From: Phyllobates terribilis
Taxonomy: Eukaryota
Length of the DNA stretch: 64,000 bases
Assembly: GCF_046119375.1 (NCBI RefSeq)
Contig: NW_027362769.1
Coordinates: 384,338,001 to 384,402,000 of the forward strand
Direction: 5' to 3'
Numbering within the stretch: position 1 is the first letter of the stretch; each line of letters begins with the position of its first letter. The notes beneath the pieces are model-generated. The model saw only the letters and a program-made list of their open reading frames with translations. It was not told where the DNA came from and searched no databases. Positions 22,901-31,900 of this stretch are shown here, piece after piece. A program made the position numbers and the translations under genes.

Positions 22901-23132
22901 CTCTCACCTTCTCTGCCGGCTTTTTCTCGTTCCTCTGCAGATTACGCAGTAGTTCTGGGTAGAAGAACTCAGGACATTTCTTCTGATCTGGCTGGAAAAG
23001 CGTCAGCGCGATGCGAACGGTGGCGGCCACTGAGGTCTCCGGGTTGCCACAGCGAGGCTTCTTGGGCGCAGGCGGCTGTATGGGCGCATTGGATGAGGTG
23101 CTGGAGAGCTGCACCCTTCGGGGCTCGGCCAT
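4962..23132 (-). CDS. UBN1: Ubinuclein-1 (HIRA/HUCA histone H3.3 chaperone subunit), 17 coding exons, 3072 nt, 1023 aa
   Basis: Coding exons (- strand, all GT-AG, phases consistent): 23132-22908, 22003-21914, 21730-21635, 21080-20949, 20690-20605, 20493-20070, 19900-19836, 19510-19381, 19055-18937, 18514-18401, 9149-9006, 8937-8887, 8776-8734, 8342-7380, 5969-5729, 5635-5558, 5032-4962 (TGA). Contains [23 protein letters not shown], the HRD/HUN motif [47 protein letters not shown], the middle domain [33 protein letters not shown] and [18 protein letters not shown]. Confidence 0.95.
6040..6860. repeat. 43-bp GC-rich minisatellite in a UBN1 intron (about 14 clean copies plus degenerate flank)
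   Basis: Unit gggctgccacccccggcctcgctgtccgcaccctccaatacac. Explains the overlapping 186-426 aa ORFs at 5812-7203. Confidence 0.95.
10563..10860. mobile_element. About 300-bp palindromic MITE inserted in the TTAA element
   Basis: 37-bp TIR with one mismatch: TTGAGCGCAAGTGCTCGCTACTTGAGTTTGCATCGGG (10568-10604) vs CCCGATGCAAACTCAAGTAGCGAGCACTTGCACTCAA (10821-10857). Further internal pairing gtgctcgagtgacat / atgtcactcgagcac. Confidence 0.8.
11380..11464. repeat. DIRS internal complementary region (ICR)
   Basis: 11380-11431 is the reverse complement of 11133-11184 (3' terminus). 11432-11464 is the reverse complement of the terminus at 16888-16920. The two halves join at a shared T5. Confidence 0.9.
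11488..12420 (-). CDS. DIRS tyrosine recombinase (N-terminus broken by a frameshift)
   Basis: Catalytic motifs present: [13 protein letters not shown] (R), AHSTRS (HxxR), [15 protein letters not shown] (W...Y). Confidence 0.9.
   Translation of the reverse strand: MEEICSVYGNTIIETLAPPVPEVLEFLQAGYDKGLSPSMLRFQISALSSYLDYPLAKHPWVSRFSKAVGRLRLFIREKVAPWDLNLVLNALCKSPFEPLQDISIRSLSIKTVFLVAITSARRLGEIQALSVVFPYMQILDDRLILRLDPSFLPKVVSDSNLNREIILPAFCDQPRNPGEQNFHSVDVRRSVLHYLDATKEWRKDSSLFVQFWGKNKGKTASKLTLARWIKAAISHAYVSRGMLVPEGIRAHSTRSISTSWAERAGASSEQICNAATWSGLNTFCKHYRLNLLSNQQTAFGRKVLQAVVPP
12503..15100 (-). pseudogene. DIRS pol: reverse transcriptase, RNase H and Dam-like methyltransferase domain; frameshifted and split by CR1
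   Basis: RT: [15 protein letters not shown]...[24 protein letters not shown]...[13 protein letters not shown]...[15 protein letters not shown]. RNase H: [10 protein letters not shown]...[17 protein letters not shown]...[17 protein letters not shown]-like: DLFASRKN...[17 protein letters not shown]. Confidence 0.9.
13211..13898 (-). mobile_element. 5'-truncated CR1 LINE (RT C-terminus, 3' UTR and TTCTATGA tail) inserted in the DIRS RNase H region
   Basis: ORF 13846-13292 [22 protein letters not shown]...[21 protein letters not shown]...[11 protein letters not shown]...WNRLPREVV. The 3' end reads ggtcccttccaactctaccattctatgattctatgatt, the typical CR1 8-bp tail. Confidence 0.93.
15100..16421 (-). 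pseudogene. DIRS ORF1 (Gag-like): predicted spliced, exon 16421-16368 joined to exon 16280 onward; internal frameshift near 16000-16040
   Basis: [18 protein letters not shown]|[36 protein letters not shown]...; later [18 protein letters not shown]...[38 protein letters not shown], typical of vertebrate DIRS ORF1. The 3' boundary is approximate. Confidence 0.75.
22060..22887. repeat. 86-bp tandem satellite (about 9.5 copies) in a UBN1 intron
   Basis: Unit tcactgtgtacatacattacattactgatcctgagttacatcctgtattatactccagagctgcactcactattctgctggtgcag. The ORF track repeats every 86 bp (22138, 22224, 22310, 22396). Confidence 0.95.
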
Positions 23133-24039
23133 GGTCTCCGCACAGTTAAGACGAGGGGCTCAGCTGCTCGGTGCCATTGTCTGAATGTAATCAGAGTTTC
23201 GGCCCCGGGGGCCACAGCAGGACAACTCCGGAGAGTGCAGCTCCTCTATTCAGAGGCTTTATAAAGGCTGGACCGGGCCGACAATCTGCTCTTCTCTCAT
23301 TACTGCAACTGGAAGGGTAACAATCACAGCGTCAGGTTATGGGGAGCTGAATGTCAGAATGCAGCTCTGTCCATCCCCTATGATTTACACTGCAGCACTG
23401 CTCCTACCAACTGGCTGTTTATTAAAGGGGTTGTAAAGTCCGGCAAGAAATGGGCTGTAGCGCTCAGTGCAGAGCCGGGGATCAGCGCCACGCTTGTCCT
23501 GCACTGATACACTGTAACAAAGTATCAGGGCAGAAGAAGGAACAGCGCAGCTAACAAAGGTTTGAGGACTGCGCGCTACTGTAACAAACACTCAGCTGCG
23601 ATTAATATTAGGCCTTTATGGTCCTGTTTACTGACAGCAGAGATCTTGAAAATGGACAAGAGTTAAAACAAAAAAGGACGTGGCAGCGCTGGTACTGGGC
23701 ACCCCCATATGCAGTCACCTGCCCGGATACCAGCGTATGCACCACGTATGTAGGTGACTACTATGACGCCATTCGGTGAGGCTGAGCTCAGGGTATATAG
23801 CACCAATCATCTGATAAAGGTGTATTATAGGGGCTGCACAGCGCTGTCAACCAGTGGGGGGTCCCAAAACCCTCCCCCTGGCCTTGATGTGGGTCACTAT
23901 GGACAGTACTAATTCCTGGGAGGGGGACACAAATGGGCATATTGGGCACATGTAGGGGGATTATTACTGTGTACTGGGGCAACCATTACTGCTGGGTTTG
24001 AAAGGAGGACGCAGCGACTGTGGGGGGATAATAGGAGGG

Positions 24040-24416
24040 CGCCGTTACCGCCTTGGGGGGACAATAGGGGGGCGCCGTTACCGTGCGGGGGGGGGGGGGC
24101 GACAATAGGAGGGCGCCGTTACCGCGCGCAGGGGGGGGGGGTCGACGACAATAGGAGGGCGCCGTTACCGCGCGCAGGGGGGGGGGGGGGGGGTCGACGA
24201 CAATAGGAGGGCGCCGTTACCGCGCGGGAGGGGGGGGGGGGGGACGACAACAATCGGAGGGCGCCGTTACCACGCGCAGGGGGGGACGGGGGGACGGACG
24301 ACGACGACAACAACAATAGGAGGGCGCCGTTACCGCGCAGGGGACGATGACGACAATAGGAGGGCGCCGTTACCGCGCGCAGGGGGCGATGACGACAATA
24401 GGAGGGCGCCGTTACC
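24040..24416. repeat. GC-rich minisatellite with variable G-runs in UBN1 intron 1
   Basis: Core gacaataggagggcgccgttaccgcgc repeated about 8 times, separated by poly-G and (gac)n linkers. Confidence 0.9.
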
Positions 24417-24629
24417 ATATATCTCTCGGACAGGCAGGCGGTTGCCATGGGCGCCAGCACCTCAGACACACTGCTCATCCCATGATAACAACCATGTGAC
24501 CGGCCAGTCAGCCTCTCACTGAGGCACAGCCGTCCTATGAGCTTCCTTTTATACTCGCGGGTCACTCCATTACCAGCATCATGGGGGGGGGGTAGGAAGA
24601 GCCCACTAATGTCCGAACACCGGGGATGA

Positions 24630-25200
24630 CCCAACTACCCGGAAGTGCGCTCCCTGAATAAGTCCCGCTTGCGGTCCTCGTCCCTATCAGCCCTCGGACC
24701 GGCTGGTCACTTGTTCCCGGATAACTCACCGCTATGCTGTCAGGGTTCTCGGTGCCGGTCACATGGTCCGTTGAAGCGGCAGAACGTCTCCTCTCCTCCC
24801 CCCCGCCCCTCTTACGTCACGTGACTACACCATCCAGGACGACGACAAAAACAACAACAACCGCTGACAACCGCACGCCGCCCCACGTGACCCAGCTCGG
24901 CCAATGAGCGCGCCGGCGAATCACGTGCGCGCGCATTTGTTCTTTTCCTGGACGCCGCAGCCAGTGAGTAGTCTTCCCGCCTTTTCCTATTGGTGGAGCG
25001 TGCGGTGCGGGGGAGGCCGCGGATTGGTCGTCGTCCTGTACGTGAGCGGCGTCGTGTGACGGGTGTGCGGGGCTGCGTGAGGTGCGAGCACGGCGGGCGG
25101 GGGTGTTTCCTGTTATCCCGGCATCCTCTGCGCAGTCAGTATTCCTTCCTATCCCCACATCCTCCGCCTTCTCCCCGCTCTGCCAGTGTCGGTAAGATGA
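24630..25200. promoter_or_regulatory. CpG-island bidirectional promoter shared by UBN1 and GLYR1
   Basis: CpG-dense and TATA-less. ETS CCGGAAGTG 24639-24647; GTCACGTGAC 24816-24825 overlapping TTACGTCA; CACGTG 24884 and 24922; CCAAT 24901 (+); ATTGG 24989 and 25023; TGCGCGCGCA 24926-24935. Confidence 0.8.
24730..24810 (-). other. UBN1: Probable non-coding first exon of UBN1 (3' edge 24730; 5' edge not determinable)
   Basis: Strong donor GCG|GTGAGT at 24730/24729 on -, inside the CpG island. The matching acceptor (ttacccttccag) opens exon 2 at 23308. Confidence 0.5.
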
Positions 25201-28200
25201 CGGCGACTGTGAGTCTGCGACAAGGAGACCTGGTGTGGTGAGTGCTGGGCGGCGGGAGCGGGCGGGCGGAGACACCGGGCGGGGGCTGGAGACCGAGCAG
25301 AGGCCGCGGTGTGAGGCTGACGAGCTGCGACCACCAGGGCCGCGCAGAGGGGCGTGCTGAGCTGGGGGCTCCGTGTATGAGGACGATCACAGCCGATCAG
25401 GGGATCTGCTGTAAGGGGAGGAAGGATCCAGACAGGGGATCTGGTGTGAGGGACTGGGGAGGAAGGATCCAGTCAGGGGATCTGGTGTGGGGGACTGGGG
25501 AGGAAGGATCTAGTCAGGGGATCTGGTGTGGGGGACTGGGGAGGAAGGATCCAGTCAGGGGATCTGGTGTGAGGGACTGGGGAGGAAGGATCCAGTCAGG
25601 GGATCTGGTGTGAGGGACTGGGGAGGAAGGATCTAGTCAGGGGATCTGGTGTGAGGGAACGGGTAGGAAGGATCCAGTCAGGGGATCTGGTGTGAGGGAA
25701 GGAAGGATCCACTCAAGGGGATCAGGGAATCCTTTAGAGGTCTAGTATCAGGATTGTGTCGGGGGATCCCACGTGGGAGGTCCGCCCAGGATTGCGTTGT
25801 GTGATGCTGTCTGGGGATCTGGTTGTATTAAAGGTTTTTGGTTTAATTAAGGAAATGTGTTTGGGGATCTTGTCCGAAGTGATGGAAAAGGTTTTCAATC
25901 CAGCAAAGCGAATTAAAAGAAAACATTCTTTGTTGAGCCTTCACTAATATAGTAACGCGGGCACAGAAAATGCCTGAGCGACTCTGAATAGTAGCTAAAG
26001 TGATCTAGTCAGGGGATCTAGTATTGGGGATTAGTGATGAATTGTTTTGGGATCTAATATATTGTGTGGGGGGAATCTAATGTAGATCTGGAAGGACTCT
26101 GTTGTCTCTTTGTATTGAAGGGTTTGGTGTCAGTATCCCAGGATCTCACATAGGAGATGTATTTGTAACCTGGATATTCATGTGTTCATTATCTGCTATT
26201 TTAGATTTGTCCCGGATTTTTACCTGCATCTTTTCTTCTTTTTAGGGGAAACTGGGTCGTTACCCTCCGTGGCCCGGAAAGGTGAGTGCGGTGATGAGCG
26301 GATTACGTGCCCGGGAGTCTGACTTTCCCCATATATAGATCAGGGGTGTAGACTGCGCCTGGCATCCAGCTGGAGAGGACTCACTGGCAGGAGATAGCAA
26401 TCATGCAGTAGTTGCTGAGGCTGGAGCAGGGGTCGGCTTTCTGCTCTTACCTCTCTATCTTGCATATAAGATTAGAGACCCCCTTTATGTAAACCTGTGT
26501 GCTTGTGATGTACTGGGGTCCGCCGTCCTCACCTTTCTTTTTATCCGCAGATCGTCAATGCACCAAAAGATTTAAAAAAGCCACGCGGCAAAAATGCCTG
26601 TTCGTGAAATTTTTTTGGAACTGAAGATCAGTAAGTGTCACCGAGACGTGTCACAGGGGCTCGTCCTGATTGGGTATCAGTGATCACATGATAAACCCAG
26701 AATGGGGCTCATTGTCTGGTTATAGATTTATTAACGGTTTGATGGGACTTGTAATGTTATGTTCTCCTGCATCCACAGGGGTTACAGTATGTGTTACCAT
26801 GTATGTGCACAGTGAGTGCAGCTCTGGAGTATAATACAAGATGTAACTCGGGATCAGTAATGTATGTACACTGTGACTGCACCAGCAGAATAGTGAGTGC
26901 TGCTCCAGAGTATAATACAGGATGTAACTCGGGATCAATAATGTATGTACACAGTGACTGCACCAGCAGAATAGTGAGTGCAGCTCTGGAGAATAATACA
27001 AGATGTAACTCAGGATCAGTAATGTAATGTATGTATACAGTGACTGCACCAGCAGAATAGTGAGTGCAGCTCTGGGGTATAATACAGGATGTAACTCAGG
27101 ATCAGTACAGGATCAGTAATGTAATGTATGTACACAGTGACTGCACCAGCAGAATAGTGAGTGCAGCTCTGGAGTATAATACAGGATGTAACTCAGGATC
27201 AGTACAGGATCAGTAATGTAATGTATGTACACAGTGACTGCACCAGGAGAATAGTGAGTGCAGCTCTGGAGTATAATACAGGATGTAACTCAGGATCAGT
27301 AATGTAATGTATGTACACCGTGACAGCACCAGCAGAATAGTGAGTGCAGCTCTGGGGTATAATACAGGGTGTAACTCAGGATCAGTACAGAATCAGTATA
27401 TGGAGTTTCGGGTCCATTATTGGCACTGCCTGACCTCTATTGCGTTTTCTCTCAGCGCATGGATTAAGGTGGAGCAGCTGAAACCTTATCACCCCCACAA
27501 GGAGGAGATGATCAAAGCCAACAAAGGCAAACGCTTCCAGCAAGCAGTGGACGCGGTGGAGGAGTTCCTGAAGAAAGTAAAGGCGAAACAAGAACAGGTT
27601 AATGATAAAGGATTTTCTTCCTCCTTTCTCCAGTATAAGGGATGTCCCTGCACCCAGCGGTCTGGAGGTTTATTTACTTCCTCCATTGTTTCTTCCTTTG
27701 GAGGATAATGTGTCTGGATGGATGAACCGCTGAGGACAGACACTTGGCCACACGTGCGGCCTCTCTGTAGTCACTCCTATGTGGATCATATCTCAGACGC
27801 TTGTGGCGTTTCCTATAGATTTGCTGTATTTCCTTCTAGTTGGGTTTCCACGGTCTTTGCCGCGGTGCGGAGCATTTTCTATCATCTCCGATCTGGGGAA
27901 TTTTACTTTTCTGATGCGAGAGAGGGATGGGGACATTGGGTTACAATGAAATAAGGTGCAGTTTGCTTTATTTTGGCCCTGTCTGTGTTTGCACGTTGCT
28001 CCTTACTGCAGATATTTACTTACTCAACCATTGGGAACTATTGTCACCTCGGTAGCTGCCATCTTGGCACTCCTTTTTATATTTTACCAAGGTATAAAAT
28101 CTAAACAAAAAAAATATGGGGGGGGGGGGGGTTATGGCTCCTGGAAGAAAGGGAGGAAAAAATGTGAAACGGCAAAAACGAAAAATTCTGCTCCGGAAGG

Positions 28201-28933
28201 ATTTAATGTGACCTGATCTCGCACTCGGATCCTGTCAGTCACTACTTTTTTGCCCCATTTTTAGTACGTTTATATTAAAGTCAATGTTTTCTGAATGACA
28301 CGAATCGTCATACGGATTCATCGTTTTTTTTTTTTGTTTCCAGAACGCGAGTGATGACAAAGGCAAGAAAGGGGAGGGCAAAACTAAGAAGCCGGCCGGA
28401 GAAAAGAAGAAGAAAAAGTCGTCAGATGCCGGCTCCAGCAAACCTACAAAGAGGCCCCACGAGCAAAGCCCACGGAAACGCGGAAGACCACCCAAGGATG
28501 ACAAGGTGGGTAACGCTCAACTCGGCTGAAGACGCCGACATCCCCAGGTCGCTCACCGCCCTCCTGATAGGAGTTGTAGTAGTGATGAGAGGGATATATT
28601 TTTGTGATGTAATGTTGGCTCTTTTCTACCATTTTCCTGCTTTTTTAGCACACCAGATCCCCCCAGCCGAGCTCGCTGAAGAAGCTGGCGATGAAGACGG
28701 TGTCTCGGTTCAGTTGGCCTCCACCCACGAGCGAGGTAAGAATAGATCAGCGGTGCCTCCGCTCCTGTGATCGTCACTGCAGGGGGCACGCACTCTTCTG
28801 GCCGCTCTCACTCCTGTGTGCCCACTACAGACACCGCACGGGGGGCCTCAGTATTACAGCCATTCTTACACTATAAAGAATATGATGGATCCGGTAACTA
28901 TAGATATTGGAGAGGACTACTAGAATCCCAGTA

Positions 28934-28966
<33 letters not shown>

Positions 28967-31900
28967 GCACCGATCTCTCATGTAACCTGTGACAGATAGG
29001 CGGCCTCCAAAAGCTCCCCCCCCCCCCAAAAAAAAAAAATGTGACCACGGGGTGGGGCCCATGGGTCTTCATGGCAGCCAGGGGTCCAGTGAAGTCTCCC
29101 CAAGCCTGTGGGACTAATGAGACCTGACAGGACAATACAGAAGTGGTTTGTGTTCATTGTACCAGCGATCGGATGAAATCCGAAATGCTGAACGAGGATC
29201 ATTACAGAAGCGGAAATGCTAAATTAATGCCAGAGGTAAAAAAAATAAATAGATAAGTACTCCCGATGTGCGACCGTCAGAAAATAAAATTATAACCATG
29301 CAAATAACATTTCTTTGTTTTTTTAAATGCTAAAAAAAAAATACCATTTGCGATTTCCTTAACTTTTTTCTGGGGGCCAGAAAATAATCGGGTTCTTATA
29401 GCGCGCCGTGAGCACTTTTGTTCATTGTTATTTTTTATTTTGACCCTGGGAAAAATGCTTTTTAGTGTAAATTAAATGGGGCCATTAAATATGGTGTGTT
29501 GTGACACCAGGAGGGGGCGCCATTGTCATTTTTCTCCCTCCCTGACTTTGGTGCTGGGATTTGTGCCGGGCTCTGATCTATGGCTGAGCCCACAGCGGGC
29601 GAGGCTGTCGTCTCATGTAAGTACCGCTCTTGTGGAACTACCACCCCCAGCAGCCGTGGTTTGCTGTAAAGGGAAGTGGCTCAGTTTCTCTCTGTTCGGT
29701 TGCAGCGTACCTCGGACGACCCGCACTTCAGCCACTTCCTGCTCAGCCGGACCGAGAAGGTAGGCCGCACGCAGCGTGCCCGAGCGGCACCGGAGGACGG
29801 TCCTTGAAGTCTCCTCAGTTCTTTTATTGCTCACGGTCTCTGCAGCGACTTTACGGGGCGTGCGTCACCATGTGCGGCCGTACACGTAACACTCGGGTGG
29901 CGGCTAATACCAGGGGCTGGCGTCCCGATAAGGTGGTCTGAAGCAAACAAACCTATAAGACCTCATGGTCCAGACGATTACCCCGTGATACTGGGCATTG
30001 ATATACATTAGAAATGGGAGCAAAAAGTTTGCGACTAATAGATGGGGCAGAAGACTCTCCGATTGTAACTATGGAGATTCATAGCTCTGAATAGGAGCTG
30101 CGTGCAGAATACGGTGGGCAGTTTATATAATTGCTGCTTTTGTTTCCTCGGTGCCAGTGGCCTGAACGTGTCTCTTTATTATGGCTGCAGGAGGACACAG
30201 CAGGCGACAGCTGGCTGCTACACCACCGGCACAGGACGCTCGGCACCGAGATGGTGTGAAAAGGTACGAGCGGTGAACGCAGCTTGTCAAGACGGTTTAA
30301 GGGTCTGCAGCCCCCTCGGATGGGTGTACCCCTTTAGGTTGCACATTGTGAGGGTCTCTGCCCCGTTCTGCTCCCCTCGTGGGGGGATTACATGTGCTGA
30401 AGGTTTGTCTCAGTGTTTGGTTTTCTGTCCCCAGCCCAGCGTCACTTACCAGGCCATCAGCAAGAGGCTCAAAGTTTCGGAGGAGGTGAGGACGCCCACT
30501 GCTCCATCCGTCATGTGTTCGTGCCTGCGTCTCCATCGCTGACATCGCTCTCGTTTTTCTGTTCACAGGACACAGGATCAACGTCCATCCAGGCAGCCGA
30601 CAGCACGGCCATCAATGGCAACATCACCCCCACAGACAAGAAGTACGTCCGCTGCCGCCGAGCGCCCACCGCTGCCGCCGAGCGCCCACCGCTGCCTTCT
30701 CTGCATTGTTTAGACTCTGTTTCTCAGTTTTTTCACTGTTTTTACAACCTCTGCTTGCCGTCAGTGACTGGAAGATTCTTGCAAAGCCCCAAAACTTGCT
30801 TGAAAGTTTTAGACTCCAGCCTTTCTGCCTTCCTGACCTTTCTGCCTTCCTGACCCATCGCAGGAGAGTACGGTGCAGCTGATGGGGGCACCTGTAACAA
30901 ACCCTCAGCTGTGGAGAAATGTTACATCTATGGGTGGAGAGGAGAAGGTTTTAATTCACTGACCAGGAGCAGTAAATGGCGTCATAAACACTTTCTGGGG
31001 TCTCCACCGTGTGGCCCCCCCCAATACTTTGATATACCCTGATGCTGTGCGGGCGCTGGCAAATCCAGTGTTTAACCCTTTGTGTGAGTCCGGCCAGACC
31101 CGTCTTCTGACCACTTTTTCTCTCCTCTTGTTTTAGGATCGGGTTTCTCGGGTTGGGCTTAATGGGCAGCGGCATTGTATCCAACCTGCTGAAGATGGGC
31201 ACACGGTGACCGTATGGAACCGGACAGCGGAGAAGGTAACGGCCGCCCTGGGATCGGGCATCGCATTCCGTCACACCGATGCGGCGTCCACACTCATTGA
31301 GGGTTGTAGTACCCCACCGGGGCGGGGGGCGTTTTATCGCTGGAGCCGCACAGTCACGTGTGATCTCATACTTCATTGGAATCACTACAGCGCCCCCTGT
31401 GTTCACACCGGTCAGGGCTGAGCGGTGGCGTCCTAGTCTGGTACTGACAGCCCTGAGAATATCCATCTCCGTTATATCTCTAAACTAGAACACGCCTGGA
31501 GGAATTCACAGTGAAGTGTGGGATCAAGACGAGGACAGCAAGGTAAAGACTCTTTCATCTCGTCGCCACCGTCCTCCTCCATCGGCCATTATTTTAGTTT
31601 TGTCTGTTTCTGAGAATGATGGGTAGTCACCACCAATATGGCTGCCACGACTGCGCCTGCCCCAGCTTATCGAGCCCATGTGAGAAAGGGATACCTGAGA
31701 ATCCGTCAGTGAGCTCCTCACAGTCCGACTGTTGCAGGGAGGGCCCTGTAAATGCCGCTGACAGTGAAGGGTTAAACGGCAGCGATCAGAGCTGGCTCCG
31801 AGCACCGGCACTCGCCCCATACACCCTGCACGGGCCCACGGATGAAAATATACGTCACTGGTCATTAAGGAGTTAAAATATATTAAAGACCAATCGTGTT

